64,000 bases of DNA from Leptogorgia sarmentosa (GCA_964658305.1 OZ210885.1:23374001-23438000), one strand, 5' to 3'. Shown: positions 13,330 through 27,113, numbered from the stretch's first letter. Numbers and translations are program-made. Notes: generated by a model from the sequence alone, not told the origin.

Positions 13330-13875
13330 TATATTTGGACTAAAAAGATTGACACTGGCTTATTGAAACGTATAACGACGTTTATTAAAATAGTTAAAAG
13401 ATGTTTCGGTCAAAGAACTGAGACCTTCGTCGGTTTACAAGATTAAAAAACAGGCTATAAACAGCTCTATATATGTACAGGTTAAAATAATTATATGTAA
13501 ATTACTAGTGATTAAGAAAGGGATAAATATACATCCGGTAGGTCTATGTGGTCATTACCCGAACTTGGGGTCCTTTGGGAATGCCAAGCCTCTAAGAACA
13601 ATCGTTGATGATAATTGTGTGCTGTGTCAAGGACTTTTACGTTTTCAAAGTCCATTATGTGGTTATGTAAATTAATATGTTGAACTATTTTTGAGTTTTT
13701 GTCCAGTTTGTGAATAGCTCGCTGATGTTCTTTGATACGTGTCTGTAGAGCTCGTTCCGTTTGTCCAATGTAAGAGAATTTGCAGTTGGAACAATTAATT
13801 TTGTAAACAACCTCCTTTCTTTGTACGGTGGGTATCTTATCCTTAGGCTTCGGGAAGTGGCGACTTAGCGTGTTA
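13330..13875 (-). mobile_element. 5'-truncated Penelope-like element: GIY-YIG endonuclease and 3' pLTR
   Basis: PKPKDKIP...EVVYKINCSNCKFSYIGQTERALQTRIKEHQR...HQRLFLEAWH; downstream hammerhead-like motif and a (TA)n tract at ~13290-13334. Confidence 0.88.
13396..13437 (-). ncRNA. Degenerate minimal hammerhead ribozyme motif (PLE type)
   Basis: Minus strand: aaa-CCGACGA-aggtc-tcagttcttt-gacc-GAAAC-ATC-ttt; core CUGANGA carries a U-to-C change. Confidence 0.55.
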
Positions 13876-15947
13876 AGAAATGTTTTCTTCAACTTTTGTG
13901 CTTCTTCATCTGTTGCACTGGATTTAAGTTTTGTTGCAAGCTTTAAAGCCAATGAACTAGGTTTAATGCTAGCAGACTTGAGATTATTGTTTTTCATTGC
14001 CATCTTGCACTGCAGCAAAGACACAAGAGAAGATGCTTTGAGAGATGAACGGTGGTCGGTCTTCACAAGCTTCAGCATGCTAAAAACCCTCTCAACTGCA
14101 GCATTCGAGAATGGATAGGATGCAAGAATTTCAATAAATTTTAGAAGCATTGGATATCTTGGCTCCCCTGATGGATACTTTGCATTCTTAATCAACAACC
14201 AGTATTCAGTCCATTGAAGATTAGGGGCAATTTTATCCTCAAATGAATGTGCTCTCCATTCCAAATCGAGTTTGGTGGGATCAATTTCCCTCAAAAAGGG
14301 AAACTTGGTCAACACTTGAGATAGGGAAGGTGGCAACAAGGCGCTGGCATTTCCAGGTAAAATGCATTCAAGAAGGCCAAATATATCAGAATCAACATCA
14401 AATCTTCTTTTAATCTGATTAATAGCTTCAATAAGGAAGTTCTTACAATCTTGTTGAAACTTGGCAACATCTTCTGGTTTTGCACCATCCTTTATCTCCT
14501 GCATGGTAGCGGTTACTGCCACTCCAATGTAGACATGTCTTGTTGGTACATGATGTTGGACATCACTGGGATCAATAGCTTTAGCATCTGTGCTTTTAAC
14601 ATACTGGATATCCATGAAATCACTTGCAATTGATTTCAATAGGCTTTCTACTTCAGTTTTGAGGCAATGCAGACATGGACTTTCACTTTGGAAAAGCAAG
14701 TTGAAAGCATTCAACCTTTGCAATTGATAGCTTAAAAACTCGAGGTAAGCCAAAGTGAATTTATTATTAAGTGACCTAAGGACACGATCGTTGCTGTGTT
14801 GGATCTTCATTTGCCACCAGGGCGAAGTAATGCTGTAAAGCCTGATATTGTTCCAGGATACGGTTGACACAGGCTTCTAATGATAGCCAGCGAGTTTGAC
14901 CTGGAGACAGTATCTTGTGGGGTTCAGTGTTGAAAAATACCTGGAATTGCTGGTAAACGTCTTGTCTCTTGGAGGAACAATGGAAATGATTAAAAACATC
15001 TCTGCATAAATCTTCCAAACCTTTAGGAAGTTTCAACGCTGCGTATGAAGAGACAAGGTGAATGAGATGACAAGAGCATTTGACTGCTGTAACATTTGGA
15101 TACTCAGTTACAAGAAGCTTTGAAACTGAGTTGTGCTCCCCAAACATAACGTTCGTAGTATCCGAGGAGTAACCAATCAAATTATCCATTGGGATATAAA
15201 GGTCAGCAAATGCTTGTTTCAACGCAGAATATATTCCACATGCAGTTCCGTCAACAATCTCTATCATGTCAACCAGATAGTACTTCGATGAAAAACTTGT
15301 CATATCAAAGTACTTTGCTAAAATAGCAAGTTGTTTTAGAGTGCTCTTGTCTGTTGTTTCATCGATTATTATGCTGAACTTTCGTTCTCGTAGCGCCGAA
15401 ACAGCCTCATGTAAGTAGTCAAAGGCAATAACTTGCCGAATGACATTAGTAGCTTTTTGTTTGCCTAGCGTTACGCTTTTAAGAGCACAATCCAGCGGAA
15501 AGCAAGATCGAAGAAGTTCAACAAAGTCATCTGAAAGTGGTATGGGCAAATCATGCTCAGCTATAAATGTGCAAAGCTTAATTTCAATCAATGACGAATC
15601 TTCCTTATTTGCTGCTCTTGTGAAGTGACTTTTAATTGTGCTCGTATATGCAGCGTCATTGCTATTGCTCTTGTGTAATGTGGTTTCTAAATGTCTTTTC
15701 AGACCGGTTTGGAGCAGGATAAAAACCTACCACACGTTTTGCAATAAGGCTGAACTTTATTATCTTTTCCCACTCGTTTACAAAGCCAGTCCTTAAAATC
15801 TTTGTTCGTCAACCAACTGTCTACAAAAGATTGGTTTTGACCGACACGCTTTCGCTTTGAAGCTGTACTTGATTTACTGGTTTGAATTTCTTCCTTTTCA
15901 CTTTCTGTCTCAGACGAATCAAGGCAATCAATGTCATCAATTTCCAT
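13512..15947 (-). pseudogene. hAT transposase (frameshifted) whose C-terminus runs in frame into a GIY-YIG domain
   Basis: Zn-finger-like CKTC, FSIIIDETTD, GYSSDTTNVMFGEHNSV, KCSCHLIHL, QTRWLSL, PFSNAAVERVFSML; putative 5' TIR CAGTGCTTCC at 16366-16357. Confidence 0.85.
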
Positions 15948-17363
15948 ACATAATAAATAAGATAAACTCGTATACAGTCTTAACTCTTAAACATCACTGC
16001 CGAATAAAAGGAAACAACAAAAACACATGTGACATGTGGATTATATGAATTAGAAAAAAATAGTCGTGTCAAAAATTTCTGGTATTTATTATCGCAAAAA
16101 AGGCGCACTGAGTGCACCAACCATGTAGGGATAATAGCTGGAAAAAGCATCTTACAAACTGATTCTCATTCCACCAAGAAATGTAAAACAAAGATATTTG
16201 TTTGTAATTTCTCTGTTTATGAATCAAATGTAAAAAATCCTCCCGAATCCATTATTAATACAGTTTTTCCTTGCAGATTCCATGTCAATAGGAATTCCTT
16301 ACACAATTCCTTTTTTTGTTTAAAATTCCTTTTTTCAGGAGAAAATCCTTGCAAGTGGAAGCACTGTGTACATACCCAACACATCATCATTCTTTACATC
16401 TGCCACTATATATACAACGGAAACAAAATAGTATTAGTTTTTTTTACTATTAGTGTTTTACGATAAAACGGGAGAACGTCAACGTTTTATTCTTTCAGTA
16501 GTACTTTAATTCTCAACTTACTTTCTTCCCCAAGAGTCTTCTCGTCTAGATGGGACAAAACAAAATAAACATAAAACTATCAAAACGGGTTGTACTCGAA
16601 TTTAAGCAGGTTTTCATAAACAATTCATACCTTCAATATTCGTTTCTATTTTTCTATATCGAAAAATAGATAAAACAAACTTTTAAACAAATTGTTAATA
16701 GACCATGTGAAAAAGCTAGCTGTAAAGATTGTTTTCGAGCTCAAAGGACGCAAAACTAAAAGCTTAAATAATTTTTAAAAAACAGAGTAAAACAAAGTAA
16801 ATTTGAACCAAAATTCAAAGTTTGTTTAGGCAATTTGCTTCAACTTTACAGTGAAATAATAATTTGGAAGATTAAGTGTAAAAATCAGTTAAAAAATAAC
16901 CATAATTTAATGATACAAATACTTGAACTTACTTCTTCAGCCCGTCTGAATTGAATTCAGAATTTTTTTCCCGCCATTCGGATGTTTTAATTTTGTGTGG
17001 GGTCTTGCGTGCAGATGTTGGAGCAAACGGGACATTTCCACTGAGCTATATTGAATTTCGTTTTAAAACGCCACTTTCACCTCGTGAATTGAACCATTCT
17101 GTAAGTGAGAAACTGCAATACTGTTAGTCGTATTGTCGCATTATTTGACCCAATGTTACTCACATTGGGTCAAGTAATGCAACGACAATAAAATGGTCCT
17201 GACAAAAAACAACTTACCCTTCAGTAACTTACTGCATCTATTGGAATGATAAATACTATTTAATAATTTTAATTTTATTAATTCTTTAACAAATATAAGA
17301 CATGTTATTTTTTTCTGTTTTTGAAATACGTACTCTATTGTCAACACTACTCACTAAATATGT

Positions 17364-17548
17364 CAGAGACCGCGGAGCGAATTTTGTTTGGGGAGTGTTC
17401 TCAAAAGCGGTTGGGTTTTATATGACGCTTTTGGTCTTTTAGTCGAATCGCTTGTGGCGGGGCATATTTAACCATTAAAATACTTGCTTTAAATCAACCG
17501 AACATAGAAAACTGAGATTAACTGAACAAAACGTCTCCGTGGTCCCTG
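17364..17548. mobile_element. Small hAT-like MITE with apparent 5-bp TSD
   Basis: TATGT|CAGAGACCGCGGAG...CTCCGTGGTCCCTG|TATGT. Confidence 0.6.
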
Positions 17549-17680
17549 TATGTCAACAGCCTCCCCGAAACACAAAGGTTATGCGGGGGTGTCAGGCACC
17601 TTTTGACACATCTTTGCCTTCCTCAAAAACACAATTAAGGAGGCAGAACTTCCAAAATTGTGCTAGGTAACAGGCAGAAA

Positions 17681-17886
17681 AAATCACCTCATAAGCACAA
17701 TAGCTGTGCTGAGTGTTCTAAATCACCTCAGAAGCACAATATCTGTGCTGAGTGAGCGTTCTAAATCACCTCAGATCATTAATAGCTGTGCTGAGTGTTC
17801 TAAATCACCTCAGAAGCACAATATGACAATATCTGTGCTGAGTGAGTGTTCTAAATCACCTCAGAAGCACAATATAGCTGTGCTGA
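17681..17886. repeat. ~40-bp minisatellite, about 5 units, each with a hairpin
   Basis: Unit aaatcacctcagaAGCACAatagcTGTGCTgagtgttct. Confidence 0.9.
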
Positions 17887-17902
17887 TATAATAATCATGC
17901 AC

Positions 17903-20900
17903 TCATCGTTCACTAAGTCTCTCCACAGTTTTTTCAGCCAACACTTTCAGACGCTCTTCAGCTTCCTGTCTTTGTTTCATACCTTTGCTCTTGCCTATTG
18001 CCTTTAAACGATCAAATGTCATTGGTTCAAACACAATATCATGAATCGATCTTACCCGGGACGTAGCTACGAAGGTACATCCTGCAACTTTTTCGCCTTT
18101 GCCCAAAGGCTGTCTGCCCCTGTGACTTGTGGATGGTCATGGCGTATCTCAACCTCAATAGTACTTGCTGTCTAGATAAATGCTTTCCATTTGCTATCCA
18201 CTCAAACACTCTTGGTGGCACAGGAATACACTTTAGACATGCATCTAGGAATGCAGGACCAGAATAACGATGGAAATGTACCAATACTGCTACTGGTAGG
18301 TTTGGTGGACCCATGTTTTCTGCAAACCAGAACTGCTCAACAGTTCCAAAAGAGCCATTACAAAGACTAACTTCAGGCCAAAGGTTACATGTCAGCATTA
18401 CTTCTGCCTTCCTAAATAAAAACAAAACAGATTCTAGTCCACCAGCATCATCTGATGTTGCTGCACTTGCACCACGACCAGAGTGCTTTGCTTGAATTTT
18501 AGCTACAGGCTGCCCAATCTCTAGTAACTTCTCATAATTGTACTCTGCCACACTTTTCTTGTCAAAGTACAATCGAATGGCGTCAGTAAATTGATCCATT
18601 GGTATTCTTGTTGTTGAATGCTGTAACAACAGTTTCCAGTCCTCCTCCGTCACTTCACCATTCCTCATTCTCATCAATAAATCTCTGAATTCAATTGCCT
18701 CGGGGTCTTCACCAGCCTGACGCATAACCTGCTGTAAGATAATAACGGAATCAAACATCAGGTACAGACTATGACCATGGTCACTGACTACTGACCCACT
18801 ACCTGTAACATAAATTGGCTTGTCACCAACAGGTGGCAATTGTCCAAAGTCACCCATCAAAATTACTGACATACCACCAAATGGAATATCCTGCTTTCCA
18901 GTGCCAGCACGTAATCGATTGTCCAGTGATGATAACATTTTATGTCCAATCATCGACATTTCATCTACAATCAGATACCTCTTACCTTCAAGTCGCAACT
19001 GTAATCGCTGCAATGAGTCGCCCTGCAAATCCTTATATTCACGAATAGGAAGTTGAGCAGCAGAATGCAACGTTTGACCATTAATGCTAAAGGCTGCAAT
19101 TCCAGTTGTTGCTGTAACAATACACTGGTCACCTAATACCTGCTTTACTGCACTTATCAGATATGTCTTACCTGTCCCCGCTGTTCCACTCACAATCATG
19201 TGAACAGGTTCTGCATTATCACCATTGTGTGAGGTGATTATGTCAAAAGCTAGTCGTTGTTTTTCATTCAAGGTTTCTAGGTCAGTGGCACAGAGATGAT
19301 CTTCATGGTACTGTTGGCCAAGTTCTTCAGCTTCTTTTCTTTTACTATAAATCCATCCTGGTGATTCTCTTAACAAATCCCTAGGTACAGCTCTTACCTC
19401 TTCAAACCAATCTACTGACTCATTGTCTGACATCTCATTGCCTGCTTCTTGAAATTGTTGCTTGAGTCTGCATAACAACATCCAATCGTCAACTTCCTCC
19501 TCGTTGAAAGCATCAGCATCACCTTCATCATCGCTTTCCTCATCATTCTGCTCATCGTCACTTTGACCATTTTGTGCAGCATGAACCAAATCTGTTTCCT
19601 CTGAATATCTAAACACATAATCTTCTGCAGAATCAGATAGAAGAAACATATCATACATATCATATCTGATAAACATATCATTACTTTCCTCCTCATTATT
19701 CCAAGCATTTGAAGGCTCCCCTTCCCATGGCTTGAACTTTATTAGCTGAAACTTACAGTATTTACCAAAATCTGGACCACCAGGATTGGATGAAACCTTT
19801 GGAAATGTCCTCACAATGTATGGATTTTTCCGTCTGGTCAACTCACCTCTCAATTTAGTATACTGGGATACATACTGCATCAGACTTAATTGGGACAATC
19901 CTGTATACCTACTCTTCACAGCTGTACGTTCTCCATAGTCTTTAAGCACTGTTTTCTGGAGTACGTCATCTGCTTCATTTTCAGGATCAAGAATAACCTT
20001 TCGACTGTTCTCTAAACAAACAGTAACAAAACTAAATGAACATCCTATTAAAGGCAAACTTAGTAACATATGGGCAGTTTCTTGGGCTGCCATATCTCTG
20101 TCTCCGGCGACTTGAATCATGACTTTCCTGATAGCAGAAGACACTTGATCATTACTCTGTAATGAAGGAACAGTCAACTTTAATATATCAGATGCTGATT
20201 TGGATCTGGGTTCCCCTTTTGCAGCATACTTGGTCATGTATCTTGCACATGCCTTCTCGTCTATAATAACTTGTAAATCCACATTTGCCCGCCAGTTTTC
20301 AAGCATCACCCGATTTTGTGAATTCAGTCGTTCATCATTTCTTCCTGTTACCAACTCAGATTCCACATGTTTTCGCTTCTCACCTACCAATTCCTTTTCC
20401 AGTGTTGTCTTGTCTTGTACTGGTTTTGGAAAACCAAATCTGCACTCTGCCAACAGGTCCATTTTTTTCCGTCTCAAACAATAAGCAGTACTGCATCTAG
20501 TGTGTCGTTCTACTGTATTAACTAACCTGTGGTAATCATTGTCATGATTGTCAATCACTGTAGCTCTGACAGCCGATGGATGAGGTTTTGGTAACCTCCA
20601 ATTTTCGTCCGGTAACTCCTCATTGAAGGTTGTCACCAGCCAATCAACATACCTTTAAATCAATGAAATATTTCAGTTATTGCCAGACTTCATTGACATT
20701 CAGCAGCAATAAAGAGTGAAATATATTCATGCGATAATGTAGTACCGAGATGACGATAATGAATATCATTAATTTTTGCATCTGTTATTATCATGTCTGG
20801 TTTCTGCACAAATTCTTGAAAATTACATCAAGGAAATTTAAGGCATTGTAAAAAATTGGAAAGGAATTTTTGTTTACATTAATCATGTATTTGTTACAAG

Positions 20901-23770
20901 TTCGTTCATGACAAAATGTAACAATTTATAAACATCACCAGAGCAGTGCACTCAAAGGCCTTAATTTACGCAGGAATTGTAGCCAAATGGTAGCGGATTA
21001 TTCTACATGATTTATGCAGTAGTAGTCCAATCTAAACGCGACTGCCCACAGATTCAGATTGGTTTGTAGCGGTTTTGATCGTTCGACGTACATTCGGTAG
21101 TAATTTTTGGTTGGTCGTATTTTTTGTTACTCATTTGCAATCTCAACTGTATTGCTAAGGCGAATGTTATACTACAAATATATTTGGCATTGTGTAACTG
21201 GCCCCTTATCACAGTAAACATGCAATTAATAGATTTACTAATTAAAAACAGGTTTTAAAATCAGTGCTGGCAGCCAATTAAATATCAGCATGATTTAAAT
21301 GTTTTGGAGCACGATAGTTGTGTGTAAAACAGTTGGTTCTTACCGTATTAGTAATTCCGCAGCATCCTCTCCCTCCCTTATTATATCCTGGCAAAAGAAT
21401 TCAAAATCATCAGGTGACATATCAAATCTACTTGTCTCATTCTCTAAAAATGCTAAGCTTGCTATGTTATGTAACAATCAAATATCAGGGTCATTTTTCA
21501 ACTTTGCACAACCATGGGCATGAATACTTCCCCTGGCCTGGTATTCAAATCGATACCAAAACCATTCAGCATCCATAACACCTTCAAGCCAATGTCTAAT
21601 AAACTCTTCCAGTCGCTGTTTGAAGAACCAATCTGTCAGGTGTGGATTGTCAATCACTGCTTGTGCTCGCTCAGACCTGCTTGAATCTTCATTATTCTGC
21701 ATCAGTCGTTGCAAATCTGGCCAATGCATGTCAGCTGCACTAAAAGTAAAGAAAAAAGTAGGACAGCCTTTCTGCTCAATAAAAGCCAGCAATTCCTGGA
21801 GCCACTGATACCAATACTGATTGGTACCTTGCACTTTTGACACATACCGTTGTAAACGATTTACCATCTGATTTGCACTCATCGAGTTCACCAATGTCTT
21901 TAGCTCTTCCATTGACATGTTTGCATCTGCAGGATGCTGACGCAAGTAAATGTTTGCCTGTGACAACAACTGATGTCGCTGTTTCATGTTCAACGCCCAA
22001 TATGGGAACCGTGGGTGAGAAGCAAACCTCCACTCAAACTTACCATTTTCAAGCCTCTCTGCAAACTTCACTAAGTGCTTAAATGCTTCTGTCAAACTTA
22101 CACTATGCTGTCTTGCCCCGTTTGTTGGGTCACCTTTGCCGTACGGAAACAATGTAGGAAATGCCATGCTGGCAAGTCCATCTGTTTTAAATTCATTCAC
22201 AGCATTACCTTCAGTTGATGGCCAGTCTAAAGGGTCAACCTCATTAACTGCATCTTGTATAGCAGCTCTGTCTTTTCTCTGTCGTTGGCGCATAGGAATG
22301 AATGATGTGCTACCATTTCCTAAAACTAATTCCTCAACACTGGCATTAGCACTCATAACAGGTTCTTGAGGAGGACCCTCATTTTCAACATGAACTGAAA
22401 ATTCACTGTCATCCATAACATACCTCAAATCTTCAGGAATACCATTTTCTGGTAAGCTTTGGATAACATCTCTATCGATTTCTATATCTTTGAAGAATGG
22501 ATTATTTGTCTTCAACCACAACAAAGCTTCAAGCACTCTATGTCGACGTACAGTGAAGTCTTTGTGAGTGTCTTCAACACCATGTCTTCGTACAACCAAA
22601 ACAGGCAGGTCAGCAACACATGCTGGCAACCTATCCAAGAAACTTTGAACATCTTGTGGTAGATTTAGTACATGCCCCATTGCCCACCATGTTTTCTATA
22701 AACTTGCATAATGGGCAAATCCTTGAAATTAACATTTCTTCTACCTGTGTCAAACCTCTGAGCTGTTCAGGAACAATACCTGCATCCATGTCATTTCCAG
22801 CACTGAAATTCTTTGGTGATTTTTTGTCTCTTTTGCACCTGAAGCAAATATATGTCTCTGCTGCCAAGCTTTGTCTTGTCGGCCATGCCTCTTTACAAAT
22901 GGTACATTGTCGATGTTCTAGATGCTCTTGATCTAAATGAAAACTATGCATCTCATTTTTCACATATTCAAGCTCATGCAGAGGGTTGTCAACATTTTGC
23001 CAACCACCGTCATGCAAGTATTCATTTTTACTCACACCTGGGCCCTCTGCTTCATGTAAAGACATACCTGGTTCCTCATCGGCTTCAGAAATAGATGTAT
23101 CTATTAATACATTTTCATTAACCAACATATTATTCAACTGCTCATCTGCTTCATAAACAGGTACACTTACCAACCCATTTGCTTCATGCAAGGGCACACA
23201 TGCCTCAGTTGTTTCACTTACTAATTGAGATGCATTCATGCCATCAGCCACTGAAGATGTTTTCCCATTGTCTGTTTCTATCCCATCTGTCTCTTCTTCG
23301 AAATTTGCTATTGCTCTTGGAAAAACTTCTCTCAAAATCTCAAGCAATTTGACTTGGTTTTCACCTTTTTTCTCTTTCTCATTTTGTTTTCTTTTCTCCA
23401 GTCTGTTTGTTCGCTGTTCTTCTGTTTCATTCTGCATTTTACTTGCATTATATTCTCTAAGATACGCTATACGCTTACCTTTAGTCTCTGCACTTCTGTC
23501 TTTCCACGCTTCTCTTCGTTTTGTTAAGCGAGTTTCCCTCTCCTCCAAACTTTCTGCAGCTTCCTTCTGTTGTCTGTAAACACTTAGATACTCATCCCGC
23601 TTACCTTTTGCCTCGACCGTCCTCTTTTTCCATGCTTCTCTACACTTTGCTAGGTGTCTTTCCCTTTCCTCTTCCGATTCTTCCAGCATTAGCTGCCTTC
23701 TTCGCTCCCTGTGCTTTCTTAAATTCTCTGCTTTTTTACTCTTGTTCACCTGCTCTTCGTTTGCCTCCAT
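17903..23770 (-). mobile_element. Helitron Rep/helicase gene (HUH Rep plus Pif1 helicase), spliced, a few disabling mutations
   Basis: PTFFFTFSAAD, RFEYQARGSIHAHG, ARYMTKYAAKGE; helicase GTAGTGKT, IVDEMSM, GDFGQLPPV, YAMTIHKSQG. GT-AG intron 21343-20653 joins in frame (LLIR|YVDWL). Stop at 21478; frameshifts at ~22680 and ~18110. Confidence 0.93.
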
Positions 23771-26700
23771 TATTTAATTTAACTTTTTTTAACCTTTCAA
23801 TTATTTAACTTTTCAATTAAAACTTAAAAACATTTTAGATAAAAACAACGTTGTGCTTGCGAAAATTAAATAACATTTTTTCCTTTTGAAATGTCAGTTG
23901 AATTATCGTCGCACAGCGAATTTTGAATTTGACCAATCGGCTTAAGGTATTACTTGGCTGTTCATCAGAGGTTGGACAGCAGACCGCAAAGCATCATGGG
24001 TAATGAATGTTGGACTGAAATGAGCTATCGCTTTCCAAACGCTTGTGATTTGCTTATGGCCAATAGAAGGACATGTTTGAAACTTGCACCAGAATTCATA
24101 TGTAAAACTGGAAAAGTAATAACACGACCACAAGTACCAACAACTGGGAAGCATATTGTGATTTGGGTTTCGATTTTTGCAATCATGATCAAATGACATG
24201 TGGGTAGAGCGGTTGCAGCTTCCAAGTTCCCGATGTTTTACACCTGTTATCCATCCCAAGACACCACTGGGAGATATATCCCGGACACTGAAACTTTCAA
24301 TTTCACAAGTATTGCTGGTATTTTCTTCTACCTTGTCACCTGCAACCCATGCCAATGCTTCTGAATCTCCAATCTCTTCCTCATCTTCTAATCCCATTAG
24401 AAAGTGTTGAAAAAGTAGTCCATGATACGTTCTTCCTCAACTCGTCTGCTTGATCCTTCGTCAGAGAATTCTGGTTTTACTAATGACAACACATAATCAG
24501 CATCCACAGCAATCTGCTGACCAGGTACAAATAGGGAGTGGGTGACTTGGGGGTAAGACAAACAATGTCAACTAGCCCATATACATTTAGCCCTCTTCGA
24601 AACTCGTTTAAACACAACATTCTCTTGCTGACGATACTGACAACAACAGAACAGATTATTGAGTCTGTGTTTGCTTGATTTATCTGTTCGGTATAACCAT
24701 GATCGATTATGGTATCTTGAAATTGAAGTACATAACCTTTTATTTGATCAAGCATTTCTTTCTCTTTTGATGTTAATAGCTCCACCAAGTTTGGACTAGT
24801 AAAGTCAATATCTTCATTTCTTACAAGCATTTTGTAGACTTCGTCATCTAGAAAGCATGATGGGGGGTCCCCCCCCTTGAGCCAAACTTACCACAACCAA
24901 TTTGCCACAAGCCCTAAAGTTTCCATTGTGAATGTCATTTGTTGAGTGGATACGGCTTCCATCAGGAAATAACTTATTCTTGATATCCGAAACAGTTTCT
25001 GTTAAGAACTCCTTTGCCAAACCTCCAGTGTCGATACCATCTTCACCTAAAAATTTTACCCGGAGGGTGTGTTCTGGTGTCACCTTATTGGTTGCACTTT
25101 TCCAAAGATTTCGCTTCCTTTCCAAATGTGTGTTTCTTCAGATGACTATATATAATGAATCTGTACCATCTGCCAATAACTTTTTTTTCTAAAGCCAAAA
25201 TCACCTGACATTCTTTTGTAAAAAAGTCTTCCTCCTTATCGAGCTCATTTTGTAAAGCAATGGCAATTTCTTCATCATTCTTAATTTGTAGTTCATCTTC
25301 TTTACAAGGGACTATGTCATCATATTTATCTTTCCTTTGACGTTTTATACCAGCATATCCTTTATCTTCACTGTCTGAATCGCTTATGCATACCTGGTTC
25401 TGTGAAAAATGCAAGAAGTTGGGTTAATTAAAACGTCCTCCACATGGTTATTTTGGGTCACGTGACTTTTTCTGAGTTGTATGCAAAGATTGTCAGAGAC
25501 TATCACTTTTTATAGTGAAAACGGCCTTTATATCAGATAACTGATGGAGACCACTCCTTTCTACATCTACGAACTATGCAGTTCTACAACTAAAGGGGAT
25601 ACAATGTTGAATGTTGCATGATATTGGACGAAATTGTTAAGCAAGCTTAAACTCAAGCCAACATTATCCAACATCGTTTAACATAGTGTTCACATGAGGC
25701 CAACATATTGCACAATTGTAGCTCACTCTAATCGGATGCCTCACTGAAAGACAAGTCTTCAGTGGTACAAAGATAAAATGTTATTCGCTTGTAATCTTTC
25801 ATCACCTCTTAATTCCAACTCGACCAAACTGGCCAGCAACATTGCTGAATTCTTTAGCTTCTAAAAGTAAAGCATGTGCCATTGAGAAATTTGACCAGGA
25901 CAGACTGTTGCTGAATTCATTATTAGTAAGTTATTTAGGTGGGTGATTTTGAATTGGTTAGTCATTTAACTGTCCTACATCAACTGATCACTGTAGAACA
26001 TTACTCACAATTCAGGGGTAGGCATGCAATATACCTTGGAAATGAGGTTGGGGTGCTACAGTGTTCGTCCTATGGAAGAGGTCTTAATTCTATTTCTCCA
26101 TCACATATTCTAGACATTCAATTATTTATTGAGTGTGTTGGTTGGTCAACTTTTTAGCCCAACAAAACAAATATCGAAGGGGGCAGTTGAAGGAAAACTT
26201 AAATCCTTCCTTAAAAAATTCTGAAAAGTACAGGTTGCCTTTACGCTTCATACATTGAATTATATAACACATTAATGCAATTATATAGTTTGGACTTACT
26301 TAAAGTAATGCACTTTCCCAGTGACTGGGGTGCTCACTTTAGCTTATAACATATTTCAGTCCGGACCACCTATTTTGAATCACTTCAGAGTTTCCCTTGT
26401 ATTGTAATTGTCTATATGTTTTGAGTTCTTTTTGCCAAAATAAGTTTGAGTTCTTTTTGACCCTTAAACTTGGTAAAACAAACACAACTGGGTGTATCAA
26501 AATAAAAGTAAAATTTACATAATGAGAATGTTATAGATGTCCATATAAAACTAGATATATAATCAAATGGCACTGCATGTAATTGTCGAAAGATGTCTGG
26601 GATTGTGAGAGAGTTAATAGTTTGTATCAACTTACCTTTTCCACAGTTCCAGCAAAATCTCTGTGCTTTTTTTTAGTATTGGTATAGGTAATGAGAACAA

Positions 26701-27068
26701 CATTAGTGCCGTACAATTGTCATGTAACAATAGTCCATGAGTGAGCTGAGAGTTTTTCGTATTGATGTTTTAGGGTGGGGGAATTGTTATATGTGATAAA
26801 ATATGCGTCGGTATTGTCCGTGGTTTAAATTGATAGAATTTCGACGGGTGCATTATATAAAAGATAAATAAAAATAAAAACTTGTAAGTATGTATGCCTA
26901 TAAAATGCATGGATTTTAGGTTGTGGGTACATAAAAGGTCGAAATGTGCGGTGTGTAAAATAGATCAAGTCCAAATCGGAAATGACCACATGGAACTAAA
27001 AAACTTGTATGGATACATGTAAAAATAATATAAAAAGAGAGAAGGAAGAGTATGTGTGTGATCCAGTA

Positions 27069-27113
27069 TCCCCGTACGCGGCGTTTCGTCCTCTGTGGAC
27101 TCATCAGCGGGGA
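27069..27113 (-). ncRNA. Type I minimal hammerhead ribozyme
   Basis: Minus strand: UCCCCG-CUGAUGA-GUCC-acaga-GGAC-GAA-ACGCCGCGU-A-CGGGGA. Core intact, 6-bp stem I, 4-bp stem II, short stem III; predicted cleavage after GUA (between 27075 and 27074). Confidence 0.9.

Noticed and set aside
16029..16466. 145-aa ORF
   Set aside because: It crosses the hAT terminal and subterminal region and has no recognisable domain.
17681..17886. CRISPR-like palindromic repeats
   Set aside because: The units are contiguous with no unique spacers.
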